DNA of 63,916 nt, filler included, from Octopus bimaculoides (Eukaryota): NCBI RefSeq assembly GCF_001194135.2. It is 6 parts of 5 records of this genome, joined end to end, with 100 filler letters (N's around TTAATTAATTAA, not from the genome) between each part and the next. Parts side by side here need not be neighbours in the genome. Positions count along the whole stretch, not along the records: positions 1 to 24,114 come from NC_068984.1; 5 more parts are not named here. The stretch is one strand, 5' to 3'. Numbering within the stretch: position 1 is the first letter of the stretch; each line of letters opens with the position of its first letter. The notes beneath the pieces are model-generated. The model was given only the letters and a program-made list of their open reading frames with translations, did not search any database and was not told where the DNA came from. Of the stretch, positions 1 to 13,790 are shown piece by piece. The translations under genes were made by a program, and so were the position numbers.

Positions 1-43
<43 letters not shown>

Positions 44-76
44 GTATGTATATGTATGTATATGTATGTATGTATG
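1..76. repeat. (TA)n/(TATG)n microsatellite
   Basis: Direct reading of the sequence. Confidence 0.95.
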
Positions 77-661
77 AATACATATTTGCGTAACTCTCGT
101 CTCTTTCATTGCAGATTAGAACAAACCTGCTAGCTACCTCCTGTTATATAAGTTTGGATAAGCAATCTATTCTTCCCGTAGAATCCCGGGCAATAAGAGG
201 ACTTGTGGAGACCATACATAATCCCAGAATTGATATGTCTTTTACTATACATGTTTTGTATGTGATAAACATTTTTTTTTCAAATGTGTTTCATTTATTT
301 CTCCTAGACGATTGCCATAACTCTGAAATCGTTAAATATTTCACATGCTAGAACAGAGTAGCTCATCATCCGTCGCTTTGCTGACAGCATGATTGTAAAA
401 TTTAAAATTTAAATTCTTTGTTCGTTCAAAATGTTAACTTAATAAAAAATATATTCAGTTTTTAAATACAAATAGTGTCTGAGAGGATTTTAAAACTATT
501 AACTCTACCCCGAGTTTCATTTTTAGAAAAATAGATGTTATGTTAGGTGTTTTTTTAAATTGCTATTTTAGTGAAATTTAGGTTGTCTTTTTCAGCTTAA
601 TAAATAAAAATTTTAATATTGTTTAACTAAAGACATTTATGGCTATATAGGTGCAAGCATG

Positions 662-960
662 ATTATGTGGTAGTAGTAAGAAGTTTGCTTCCAAATCCCA
701 TGGTTTCAGATTCAGTGACGTCTACTCTAGTCTCGAGCCGGGTAAAGCATTGTGAGGAGATCTGGGAGACGAAAACTGAAGCCTATGTATATATCATTGT
801 ATTTTTATTTGTTTCCCACCACCACTTGACAGTCAGTCTGTGTGGGTTTTTTTACGTCCCTATAACCTAGCGGTTCAGTATAAGAACATAAAATTATTAC
901 CAGGCTTACAAAATAAAATGAGTACTGGGGGTAAGGGGCAATGGCTTAAAGAAGTAGCCA
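662..960 (+). mobile_element. Diverged copy of SINE family A
   Basis: Degenerate match to the cleaner copies at 7131 and 25401 (…gagacgaaaactgaagcc…, tttacgtccctataacctagcggttc, ccaggcttacaaa). Boundaries approximate. Confidence 0.55.
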
Positions 961-2162
961 AAGTTTTATTTTGATCATTACGATGTGCTTTTCTTGTTGC
1001 TTTAAAAGATGCGTGGTTGCTATTTCTAGCAGGAGTGAGTAACACAAAATCTTCCATGCTTGGGAATATACACATTTGTAATATTTGTGGCAGATAATGA
1101 ATGCCGTAATTATTTTTAATGATAACTACCACGGGCTTCTTTCAGTTTCTGTCTAGCAATTCTACTCACAAGTTTTCAGTCTCAGTTTACCAAATTTACT
1201 CACAAGTGTTTTTTTATAATAGAATATACTTGNNNNNNNNNNNNNNNNNNNNNNNNNNNNNNNNNNNNNNNNNNNNNNNNNNNNNNNNNNNNNNNNNNNN
1301 NNNNNNNNNNNNNNNNNNNNNNNNNNNNNNNNNNNNNNNNNNNNNNNNNNNNNNNNNNNNNNNNNNNNNNNNNNNNNNNNNNNNNNNNNNNNNNNNNNNN
1401 NNNNNNNNNNNNNNNNNNNNNNNNNNNNNNNNNNNNNNNNNNNNNNNNNNNNNNNNNNNNNNNNNNNNNNNNNNNNNNNNNNNNNNNNNNNNNNNNNNNN
1501 NNNNNNNNNNNNNNNNNNNNNNNNNNNNNNNNNNNNNNNNNNNNNNNNNNNNNNNNNNNNNNNNNNNNNNNNNNNNNNNNNNNNNNNNNNNNNNNNNNNN
1601 NNNNNNNNNNNNNNNNNNNNNNNNNNNNNNNNNNNNNNNNNNNNNNNNNNNNNNNNNNNNNNNNNNNNNNNNNNNNNNNNNNNNNNNNNNNNNNNNNNNN
1701 NNNNNNNNNNNNNNNNNNNNNNNNNNNNNNNNNNNNNNNNNNNNNNNNNNNNNNNNNNNNNNNNNNNNNNNNNNNNNNNNNNNNNNNNNNNNNNNNNNNN
1801 NNNNNNNNNNNNNNNNNNNNNNNNNNNNNNNNNNNNNNNNNNNNNNNNNNNNNNNNNNNNNNNNNNNNNNNNNNNNNNNNNNNNNNNNNNNNNNNNNNNN
1901 NNNNNNNNNNNNNNNNNNNNNNNNNNNNNNNNNNNNNNNNNNNNNNNNNNNNNNNNNNNNNNNNNNNNNNNNNNNAAATGCAGTGGCATGTGTAAACTGA
2001 AAAAAGCAAACAAAACAAATTTTACATTATATTATATATTGAGTGAATGCGATGACCAGACATAATCCTTATAACTTCGGAAACATGGCTGGTGATATTT
2101 CTCCTGTTTTTTCTTTACCTTCTGAATTCAAATGCAGCTAAGATCAACTGTTCCCTTCATCC

Positions 2163-2164
<2 letters not shown>

Positions 2165-2208
<44 letters not shown>
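2165..2208. repeat. (GT)n microsatellite
   Basis: Direct reading. Confidence 0.95.
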
Positions 2209-2212
<4 letters not shown>

Positions 2213-4251
2213 ACGCGTGAGTTTCTGTACGTATACACACATACACACACACATACATACATGCATGCATACTTAATCTGTCTGTCTGTCTTTATAATGT
2301 TGAATGCATCTCTCCAAGGGCGTAAGATTTAATCAAATCTACGTAAATGCATATTTTCATACGGACAAAGATAAACAAATATATCATGTTTATTTTGATT
2401 CATTGCATTTGGGGCGACAGTGAAATATTTCGGTTGTATTCAGCAACATATATACATAAATCATGTACAAAGAAACACAGCTACATACATACAGATATAC
2501 ATACATGCGTATATGCACCCGCACATACATATAAATATATAAATACATACACAAGCATACGCAAAAACTTATAAAAACAGATTAACAGAAAGAGTGAGAA
2601 AGAGAGGAAGAGAGAGAGAGTGAGAGAAGGAGGGAGACCGAGGGTGGGTGAGAGAGAGAAGAAGAGAAGATAGTCAAGCGATAAATGACGGCCAATCCTC
2701 GTAGAATATGAATGATTACCAAATGAGACTAACACGGAAACTATCATCAGAGAATTAGCGTATAAGACAGTATGAATGCTTAGCTGCAGGTTAGACAATT
2801 TAGTCTGAAGTGACTGTGTCTAATAAAACCAATATAATTGTATGATGAGTAATTTGTCATGAAAGAGAGTCTTCTCGAGAAGACCACCTAGTGCTAGAAA
2901 GTATAAATAAAGTTGATTTTAAAAAATTTAATATATAATATTTTGTTTCGTTCATCAGTTGAAGAACGTTGTAAACGTACATTAAAGGACTTTTCTCTTA
3001 GCATGTAAACAACAACAAATGACATGATAACCTTAACAGCGTAGCTACAGACAGACGAGATTTTAACTATTATTAATTGAAGTTTATTGGAGCAACAGGG
3101 TATGAAATATTTTACGTTTGTCTCCATAACTTGAATTCTTTCTGAACCAGAATGTTTTCCCTTCTCATGGCAAACAAAATATCAAGTTATTGTCAATGTG
3201 ATTTGACAACTGATATACACTCAGTCTTTAAAAATTTTGATATTGCCATTTGGTACAATACGGTTGGTAACTTCAATAAATATCACAAAAAAAATCAACA
3301 CTTTCTTTGTTTCTGGTTTAATAGACACAAATAGGAAGTTCTAATTTAATAGATACACCTTGTGTTATACCGGCAGTCGCTGACAAATTGCTTGCTCCTT
3401 TCACATTAGCTACAGATGCTAATCTAAATTCTTCTGCACAACAACTGATTCGAGTCTATGGCGACAGATATGCCATTTATTTATGTATTTATTTATTTTA
3501 CTTTTCTTCAAACGCTTTTCTAAAATAGACTCGAACTTAAATTTCCATTTATAATTCATATCTCACAGCGTAATGTAAAATTCCGTTAGTTTATTTGAGG
3601 GCTATAGCTGTAAATTAAATGAATACAAACCATCCAGCCATCCTATTTCTTCGAATATTGAAAATTTTAGAAACTGTTATCTGAATGCGCTATAAATATG
3701 TATGGAGAGAAGAACAGATAGAAAAAGAGAACGACATAACTATACAAGAAGAAGTGACGTCAGAAACATTGCTACGCATTACTACACTTTTCTTCCGCCA
3801 ATCTTTCGCTTGCAGCCAAGTTTGCACATTTCCTCTCCAAACTTTCCTATCTCTATTTCTCTCTCTGACACATTTCCTTTAAAGAGCACTCTTACTGTGC
3901 CTTTCACGTCTTCAAATCTTCACTCTTTTCTTCATATCTTCACTCTCCATCCCTCAATCTCTCTGTCTCTGTCATTCTCTCTCTCTCTCTACCTTTCACT
4001 TTTCCAGTTCACACGTAACCTTTCTCCGTCTGTTTAACCCTCTTTCGCCTTTGTTCTCTAGCAATATCTTATACATTCTTCCTACTTCGACTCTCACACA
4101 AGCACAATCTCTCTGTCTCTCTTCATTCCCACCCTCTGGCATTATATTAAAACATTACTGACAGAAAATAATTAAATATACAAATAAACACATATCATAT
4201 TGGATATTACTCCTTTTGGCAGATTATTCTGTCGCTCACTCTCCCTCACTT

Positions 4252-4320
4252 TGTATGTATGTATGTATGTATGTATGTATGTATGTATGTATGTATGTAT
4301 GTATGTATGCATGTATGTAT
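4252..4320. repeat. (TATG)n microsatellite
   Basis: Direct reading. Confidence 0.95.
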
Positions 4321-4906
4321 ATAGAGAAATGAATAAAGGAAAATGAATTGAGCGACATTCTTTATTCAATATCACTACAATTCTTTCTGCACCCCGTCAC
4401 ACTTGTAGTACATTCGTAAGATGATATAACTAACATATTGCGCAATCACTACCATCCATAAAAAGTGTAAAATGTGCTTATGCGAGTATTTTCAATAGGT
4501 TCTTTGTTAGATGAGACAGTCATTTCACTCCATACAAGAATGAATACTCAAAATAGTGTGCGATTATTAGCATTTTTCAGAAAATAGCACACTAACATAC
4601 TATATTATGTTTGAGAATGCGTAGAAACAATTGTAGTGTATGGAATAAAGAATATCGGTCAATCAATTTCCTCTTATTCATTTCTTTGTATAAGCACCAC
4701 CGATACTATGGAATTCCAGACGTGTATCATGTGACAGGGGTATTCTCATTATATGATGACATTCGGTAGCCAGTGCCTGTGGATGAGTTTTGTATAGCAT
4801 ATTGCAAGGCTTTTCCTCAAATTTTATTCGACTATAGATATGTATAAATACATACATCATACATACAAGCACACAGACACACACACACAGGTCCACGCAC
4901 ACACAC

Positions 4907-4967
<61 letters not shown>
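4907..4967. repeat. (TCTA)n microsatellite
   Basis: Direct reading. Confidence 0.95.
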
Positions 4968-4968
<1 letters not shown>

Positions 4969-4989
4969 TTGTCTGTCTGTCTGTCTGTC

Positions 4990-5940
4990 TTTCTGTTTGT
5001 CTGTCTATCAACAATCGAAAATAAAATACTACCACCACCAACAACAAAACTAAAAGTACAGGAAAACCAAAGGAAGATACTAAAACTGATCCCGCCTCCC
5101 CTATATCACAGAATCACACAATCAACAACACCATCGAAAACAACAACGCAACCACTTACACAAACACACATAAAAACTTACAACATGCCCATACCCACTT
5201 CCGATTCCTTAGAAATTTCGTCGAAAGACGAAAGTAGTAAGGAATAGCAAATAGCCAGAAAAGGAAGGAGGAAGAGGAGCAAAAAAAGGAACCAAACTAA
5301 ACGCAAATGCGAAAAAGAGGGAGATGTACAACTTGCGAAACAATTTCGAACTCTAACACAAACAACACCAATATCATCACCAAAAAAACTCAAGCCGTAA
5401 CCATGCTCACATCCATAAACACTAAAAACACAGAGTTGATGGAATACATCAACTAAAAAACAGATTTAACAGAACATGACATAAAAACAAGCAATCAGCC
5501 GCACACAACACCACCAGAACACATCAAAATTTTGCACGTAACACCGACCTTGCACCACACACAAAAATCCCTCTACTCCAATGCGGTAGGTGGATGTCAA
5601 AAATACTCTTCTCAAAAACTGTATAGCAACCTCCTTGATGAAAAATCAAAGGAGGCGACAAAAATTTCGAACGGTAAGTAACTCTCTGTTCCTTTCGTTT
5701 GTGTTTTGAAACACAACTCATTAGGATCATGATCAAGATTGGTTGTGTGAATGTGCGTGGGTTGGGGTGCCCTTGGAAACAAGAGTACCTCTTAAATGAC
5801 ATAAAGTCACACGAGTTAGGAATTATAGCCATAAGTGAGACCAGACTCCATAATCTACGGGCCCTAAAGTCCATGTTTGGCGGACAGTTTAACATTTATG
5901 TTTCTCCCTCTCTGCCGAGAATGGGCGGTAGTGGCATGGC
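4990..5940 (+). mobile_element. Non-LTR retrotransposon fragment (Tx1/L1-like): low-complexity ORF1 tail plus start of ORF2 AP endonuclease
   Basis: From ATG 5729: MIKIGCVNVRGLGCPWKQEYLLNDIKSHELGIIAISETRL carries the APE N-terminal NVRGL and (Q/S)ET motifs. It is preceded by a Thr/Pro/Lys-rich C/A-biased stretch and truncated at a (TA)n tract near 5940. Confidence 0.65.
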
Positions 5941-6139
5941 ATATATATATATACTGACCGTTGACTGGACACTATTCAATTTTTTTTTCTCCGTGTTTTT
6001 CTCCTTGTCTCCGTATTCTTTCTGTTGAAGAGCGTAGCTAGAAACGTCAAAGACTTTCCGTATTCCCGAGCGTCATACTAATACATCCTTTTGTTATTTA
6101 CACCACCTGTCCGCGTCTGTTGTTTTTTCGTATATTCTC

Positions 6140-6174
<35 letters not shown>

Positions 6175-6562
6175 NNNNNNNNNNNNNNNNNNNNNNNNNN
6201 NNNNNNNNNNNNNNNNNNNNNNNNNNNNNNNNNNNNNNNNNNNNNNNNNNNNNNNNNNNNNNNNNNNNNNNNNNNNNNNNNNNNNNNNNNNNNNNNNNNN
6301 NNNNNNNNNNNNNNNNNNNNNNNNNNNNNNNNNNNNNNNNNNNNNNNNNNNNNNNNNNNNNNNNNNNNNNNNNNNNNNNNNNNNNNNNNNNNNNNNNNNN
6401 NNNNNNNNNNNNNNNNNNNNNNNNNNNNNNNNNNNNNNNNNNNNNNNNNNNNNNNNNNNNNNNNNNNNNNNNNNNNNNNNNNNNNNNNNNNNNNNNNNNN
6501 NNNNNNNNNNNNNNNNNNNNNNNNNNNNNNNNNNNNNNNNNNNNNNNNNNNNNNNNNNNNNN

Positions 6563-6607
<45 letters not shown>

Positions 6608-7130
6608 GCATGCTTTGTATGTGGTGCTCGAATAATAGACATAATTTGTTATTTGCTGTTGCTATTTGTCCAAATTTTAACCGTATTCTTACCGATCTTT
6701 GATTAAAACGATTTAAGCCAACATAATTTCTCCTTTTTCTCAGTCAAAGTGTATGGAAGACGGTAAAGCGTGACATGAGAGTGGTATTGCTGCTGTATCT
6801 AGTTGCTCGCGCAACCAGTTCAGTTTAGGATTGTCAATGCTTCTCGTCTACTTTGTTGCCTCTTACCGATCGATCAAATGGAAATAAGTAAGAAATAGAT
6901 ATCAGGTAAAGAAAACTCTTGCTGCTAAAAATACCTCTCACTGATCGTAAAATTTCAAGTTCTGAGAATCAACGTTATTTTAAGAACAGTACACTTTCAG
7001 TCGTTACATGAAGGTATTTTTTCTTTCACGTCACCAATATTTTTCCAAAGTGAAACGATAAAGGAAATTATAAAAAAAACATTCCTGCAGAACAGCCAAT
7101 GGTAAGAAGCAAGAGCAACAATGCATAGCC

Positions 7131-7530
7131 GCAGGAGTGGCTGTGTGGTAAGAAGCCTGCTTCCTAACCACATGGTTCCGGGTTCAGTCCTACTGTGTGG
7201 CACCTTCGGTAAGTGTCTTCTTCTATAGCCTCGAGCTGACCAAAGCCTTGTGAGTGGATTTGGTAGACGGAAACTGAAAGAAGTCCTTCGTATATATANN
7301 NNNNNNNNATGCATGCATGTATGTATGTATTTGTGTGTCTGTGTTTGTCTCCCTCACAATCACTTGACAACCGATGTTGGTGTGTTCACGTCCCCGTAAA
7401 TTAGCGGTTCGGCAAAAGAAACCGATTGAATAAGTACTAGGTTTACAAAGAATAAGTCCTGGGATCGATTTATTCGACCAAAGGGGGTGCTTCAGTATGG
7501 CCACAGTCAAATGACTGAAACAAGTAAAAG
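7131..7530 (+). mobile_element. tRNA-derived SINE family A, near full length, with internal microsatellite
   Basis: tRNA-like head (gtggctgtgtggtaag … ggttccgggttcagtcc), central (TA)/(TG) tract and conserved tail (…cagtcaaatgactgaaacaagtaaaag). The same sequence recurs many times in this window. Confidence 0.85.
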
Positions 7531-10500
7531 GGTAAAAAAGAGAAAAATAGAAAATAATTATTTAAACTATTTCAATTGGTTTCTTTCATTCTCGTTTCGT
7601 CCACTACAATGTATTTAGAAAGTAGTACTAACTCATTGACGGTGAACTTCTAAAACACATGTCAGTTGTGAATGTTTTTAGTGACACCCGATGGACTATA
7701 GAAAAATCTGCCTACAAAATTATATCATAAAAAAGGTCATCAGGAGAATTGCCTAAACTAAAATACATGTATAGACATGACTCTGTAGTGACAGGACGAT
7801 TGCTGAAGAGAGTATAACTTCGACACCCCAGGTTAAACATAATTTGACTCTCATTACCCATTTTGTATTAATAGTGTTGTATTTCAAACGTTTTCTTCAT
7901 ACTTCATTCTCTAAAATTCCCCAGTCTTTGTGCTTTGTACTTGTAATGTACTTTCATCTACTACCTTTTGGCAAGAATAAGAAAGAATTATCAGTACATT
8001 TTTCAGCTTCATTTCTTTACTTGTTCCTATTGTATACTTATCTTTAGTGCTGAATAAGACTTAAGCTATGATTACAACTATCTCATCCATTTCAAATATA
8101 AAGACTAATTGGAAATGTCAACTGTACAACTGCAAGAGACAGCTTATTATCAAAAATCCCCTGTAGTAAAAAGACAAGCAAAATTGTTATTTTTTTTTAT
8201 AAATAGAAAGTAGCTTGAAGTTATGATACGAAAAGAGACAATTTCCTCTTCAATGGATGAGAAAGAAACAGGAAACAAACAGTTTGATAAACGATATTTT
8301 CATATATTTACATTCTACGCCATGTGAATAATTAGATATTTCCTTGTATGTATGTGCTCAGCATTGGTCTTCCGCTTGACAAAAGGTTATTTCATGAGCA
8401 AGACTTTCAGTATAAAAAAATACAAAAACATATAACGTATTACTCGATCGCCCGAATAAGTAGCGGTAAGCATAGTCTGTTATAATTTCAATACTATAAC
8501 ATTGTGGAAATAATACAAACTGCAATAATACGAGAAAGTCTACAGTACATTTTGTGCTTTATATTAAAAAATGGTCTCTTATTGTTTAGTGAGGTATTGT
8601 TTAGTGAGGTATTTCTGAGGTTGGTTGAATAAACGAGGTATAAATGATGACTTTGGGTCGCTGTAGTAGGATGCTGCTCATAATGATTTAGTTATCTATT
8701 TTCAGACTGGTGTCCCGGTTCAAATACTTGCAAGAAAATAGCGAACTCTGCCAGAGTTACCCAAGGCTTAGCAACTAATGAAGTCTAGTGCCTAATTACA
8801 TTTATAATATAGTTAACAAAAGTTGAGGTTCTGGAGACCAAACTTGGCAATGCGATTCGTTTCTTGACTTTAGTTACGTTTTGAAGTCCTACAATTGTAT
8901 GTGTATCTTCATATATTGCTATTGTAATAGTACGTATATTTTTTGCCTCGACTCTTGTCAATTGGTATTATTAAGTAAAGTAAACTTTGAAACAGTTTCT
9001 GAAAAGTAATTAGATATTAATCTATCTAAAAAGGAGGCGCCAAAGTACGAATAACATTGTATACGCGAACAAGGTTGTTTTTGAATACGTCTTCTAATTT
9101 TCTTCCAATATCCTAAAATACCCCATACATGGTTCAAATCTTATTTCGTCCTATGGTCAGGAGTTGATTGTCGAGTTACCTATATATATTTGCATTGCTT
9201 TTACTAACTTCAAATATAATTTAATATTTGCTTTGATTCAAATATAAACTAATATTTGCTTTGATTCATACTGTCATGAACTTCATTCTGCAACCGGAAA
9301 TTGACTTAACTGCTTATAATTCTTTTAACTGTTCCTTGAAAACACGCTTTTTAGTGCGACTACATCCGCCATATTCTCTGGTTTATTTTGAATACCTTCG
9401 TAGTTTTCTCGATAGGAAGAGATTACCAGTCCCTAGCTCAATCTTTCACTATCTAATACTATTCACTATTTACTTATGCACTGTGAAGACGATTGTGTGT
9501 GTGTGTGTGTGTGTGTGTGTATGCGCGTGTGCGTGTGTGTGTGTGAGAGAGAGAAAGAGAGAGAAAGAGAAAGAGAAATTTATTATAGTATTTGACTGGC
9601 ACTCTATTCATTAAGCTTGGGAAAATGAAATATACAGTGTACCTCAAAACGCAAAAGAGTAGAAATATTTCCACAAGTCATTTGCCCTATGCTCAGAAGT
9701 TCTGTATTTAGACCGCCTTATCGTTCTACCATTTACAATGCTCACAGTTATCCTATATCCAAATGAGTGTGTATATATATATATATATATATACATCAAT
9801 GAATGCATGTATGTACGTGCGTAGGTTCATATATATATGTATACACACACACATAAAGAGAGAAAGAGAGAGAGAGTGGGAGAAAAAGGAGAAAAAGTGT
9901 GTGTGAGAGAGAGAAGGGAGAGTTAAACAATTGTACACTCTTTCTCTGAGTTGGAAAATAATTCGGGATGAATCAAGTTAATAGCCGTCGATTGAAAAAA
10001 AAAATCCAAAAGATTTTGTTAGAAATTTCAATACTATTTGCAAATGATCAGTTTTTACATTGAAGAATTTATTGTTTAGTAGCGGATGTGAAATTTGTTT
10101 AGCCATTAATTTTATCCTCTGTCTGAATAGAGACAATCCACTTCAATATAAAAGTTATTAAAATTTCTCTGGACAACTAATTAACTTAATGAATTTTATG
10201 CACTTTAAACAAATTAGCAGAGTCGTTAGAAGCTCAGGCAGAGTTACTCATAGTAATTCTCTGGCTTCCTAATTCACAAGTTCAAATACTGTTTAGGTCA
10301 TCTTTACATTTTACACTTTCGTGGTCGATAAAATAAGTAATCAATATTGTCTGGTGGAACTGTAAATTCACACAACAAGATGGTTCGTGGTATTTGTTCC
10401 GGTTCTTGGCGTTCTGATTTCAAATCCTACTTTGGCTTATTTGATTGACAGGCTTAATCTATCGTTCGTTATAGCATTTCCATCTGGCTGCTTAGTAACT

Positions 10501-12374
10501 TTGGCACAAGTATTAAATAATATAATTCGACATATAATTCGATACAAAAGAATATAAAATAATAAGTGTTCTTATTCCATGTGACATCCCTAATGCCCCT
10601 ACCCACCTACACTATATCTGTTTTCACCGACCATCTACAAAACATTTTACATAATATTTATTTTCCAAGAATTACATATATCTGAAATCTCGTTCCTAAT
10701 CATGCTTTCCTTTAACAAAGGCCAAATCTCCGACAAGCTATTCCTGTTTATTAGTTTTATCATCCTATGGTGGTGGATAAAGGTAAGTAGTCAATGATGA
10801 CTTTGGTTATTGAGGAGAATAATATCATGGTCATCATTTCTGTTTTCATAAAAATAACGCTCTTATTCAAAATAAATAACACCCATTTCGATTCCATACA
10901 GTAATGATCTTGAAATAAGCAAGTTTCGTTTATTTATGTAGTTATTTTCCTTGGAAAATGTAGTCTCATATCATACATTATTTACTCTGAAATATGGGAA
11001 TTTGTATATATTTAAAAGGAATATAACATTATTTGTTATTTAGTAAACATCATATTACTATATTTACTATGATGTGAACATCATAGTAAAATGAATTATG
11101 ATGCATTAAGAGCCAGTAGGTGTCGGAACAGAAACATGTCATTGACCGCCGTAAGTTGTTTATTTTACTTCTACTCTTCGTTGGGCATCAATGTATTTCA
11201 AAAGAGTTACAGAAAATCACGTCGTAAAAATCACCAGCTAGTAAAAGATGTATACAATCCACTAAATTAACCTCCACAGTTTTGCCATTAAAAAATGACA
11301 TACTTCGTTTCCTTGTACAACAAAGTTGGTATTCTGGTACCTTCTTTGATAGACTCATGCCTAATAATTTCCACAACCTGTTTAAACTTTATTCAGTACC
11401 AGTTAGCAGGTATTATGTTTAAAAAATTCATATAATTTTATAATTGAATATTATAAAGGCAGACTATAAATATACACAGACAATAGCAGGAGCTCGAAAT
11501 GAAATTAAAAATTTTCTCTTCTTTACTAATTCAGAATGTTATATTCTAAATCCAAACTAATACATCTTACACAAACTAACAAAACTTACTTCAACACTTC
11601 AGCCTTTAAGTGGCAAAATAACTCTAGCATTGTAAATTGTACCGTTGTAGCCGCACCATCTGTGTACCACTTTCACCCTATTCTAAAACTATTTCTAAAA
11701 CTTTCACGATATCCGCTGAGAAAGTAATATTTGATAGTATGTATTAATACAAAAAGGAAGTTAGATAGAATTCCCGAAGTAACATTTGTAAAGAAAATAG
11801 CCAATCGATAATACTAGTTGATATTTTAAAACCATTATCAAATTTAACTTTCATATAATTAACTCTCCCAAAATATTTCTCATAACATTCCTGTTAGATT
11901 TACATCAATGAGTCAAAACCAAGCGTGTAGGTGTGGAAGACCGTTTAAAAATGCCGTTTTGAATGTCTTCTACAATTATGCCGATTTCTCCAGCCTACGA
12001 CAGTAATTAGTTTACTTCTTTTGTCATAACTTAATCAGACATTTTACTTAATAACTTAATGTTATTCAGAACGGATTATTGAATATATCTTGTACCGAGT
12101 GGATTTTCGCTTTTACAATAATGGCTGATATTGATAACAACAATACCAATATCGATACCACGCGAGAAGTGTTTACATACATTGATGCATACACGCAGAC
12201 ATACATGCATACATACGTGCATACTCACTCACACACACACACACAAAAACACACACTTACATACGCATACGCACGCACACACACTCACACACACATACGG
12301 ATTGCGTTTTAGATCCACGAGTATGTATTGTAAATATTTCTGGGCATGAATGAAATATTAGCAAACTTCAACTA

Positions 12375-13301
12375 TTGGGCCATCCCGTAAGTGATGCGGT
12401 TTTTTCAATTGCATGAACTAAATGTCAGAGGGCAACGGGATAAACTACCTGCATCAACTTGCTATAAAAGTAGGTAGTAATTTTATCTTGTCTTTATTCT
12501 TAGTGCAACTTTTGAAGAGTGCAGTTCGATTTTAACAGCTATCTTTTCAAAACTATAATGGAAGTGACAAAGGAGCATATACAGCATATTTTACTTTATG
12601 TGTTCAATAAAGGTAACAGCGCAACGGAAAGTGCGAGGAATATTAATGCAGTATATGGGGATCGGACAACAAGCCTAAGCCAGTGTCAATGGTGGTTCCA
12701 GAAATTCCGAGCCAAAAACTACAACCTAGAAGATGAGCCTCATCCTGGAAGATCTGTAGAATTTGACGAAGACGTCCTGCAAACCCTGGTGGAACAAAAT
12801 CTCATTGTAACTGTTGAGGAACTAGCAGAGAAGCTTGGATTTGGTCATTCAACCAGTCATGCAAGTCAGCGCTAGAAGAAAAACGACCATTCTTGGTTTC
12901 AAGACGAAAGATGTTCTTCCATTTGGATAATGCTTGGCCGCATACAGTGAGGATGGCATTCCAAAGGCTAGAGCAGTTTGAAAATATTTTCAAAATAGAG
13001 CGCCATATTCGCCGGACATTGCCCCATCTGATTATAATTTATTCCGCAGTCTTCAAAATCATTTGAACGGAAAAAATATGAATTCTGTAGACGAGCTCAG
13101 AACAGTACTGTAGGAGTATTTTTCGTCATGGACAAGTAAAGTTTGGAAGAGGGGCCTTGCAAGTCTACCAGATAGATAAAAAAGCACTGTAGAAAATGAA
13201 ATAGAGTATATTTTAGATTAAAAAAGAACTTTTTTTTTTTATCTTCATATTGAAAAATAAAAGAAACGTAAATAACCCGCATTATTTATGGGATGACCCA
13301 A
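12375..13301 (+). mobile_element. Mariner DNA transposon, internally deleted (Hsmar1/cecropia-like transposase)
   Basis: TIRs ttgggccatcccgtaagtgatgcgg / ccgcattatttatgggatgacccaa flanked by TA. N-terminal HTH: MEVTKEHIQHILLYVFNKGNSATESARNINAVYG…LEDEPHPGRS. C-terminal remnants: HLDNAWPH and DIAPSDYNLFRSLQNHL. Confidence 0.92.
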
Positions 13302-13549
13302 TACAATACAAAGGGAATTACTTTCTTCTGTAATGAGAACTGTAGGTCAGATGTGAAGTTCCCGGTGAAGCTATGTTGCAATTTTTGTTCCATTCTTAAT
13401 AGTGGTTATTTCGCTTATGCTTCTAAAGCTATAGGAATAACTGGAACAGGCGTAAATATCACAACTTCCATTCCTTACAGCTGTCTATTGTTCTGATAAC
13501 AAATTTGTTGTTGTTTTGTCCTAGTAAGGAAAACGCATGACTTAGTCTT

Positions 13550-13790
13550 TACGGTGTTGCTTGCCTGATCACGGTTTCGATTACAAGACCAGGCGGTGCA
13601 TTGTGATGTTGAGCAAAACACTTCATTTCACGTTGTTCCTGTTCACTCAATTGTAAGTGGGAAACCCTGAGAGGAACCAACGTCCCATCCAGGGACTATA
13701 TTGTTGTCTCGATCACTTATACGCCATGGAAACCGGGTAACCAACCATATGAATCCTAAGACACAAGACAGTAATGTTATTCCTAGGTTG
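13550..13790 (+). mobile_element. SINE-like element (family C)
   Basis: B-box-like ggtttcgattac followed by ttgagcaaaacacttcattt. Related to the minus-strand copy near 60790-60924. Confidence 0.5.

Noticed and set aside
1119-2018. Long ORFs spanning N runs (also at 6078-6702, 14695-15198, 39092-39785, 40509-41171, 45283-45756, 46691-47255, 55971-56586, 57877-58343)
   Set aside because: They are open only because N codons contain no stops.
8706-8788. Possible terminal exon WCPGSNTCKKIANSARVTQGLATNEV*
   Set aside because: No recognisable domain or partner exon; ccggttcaaat looks like a tRNA B-box, so a SINE relic is more likely.
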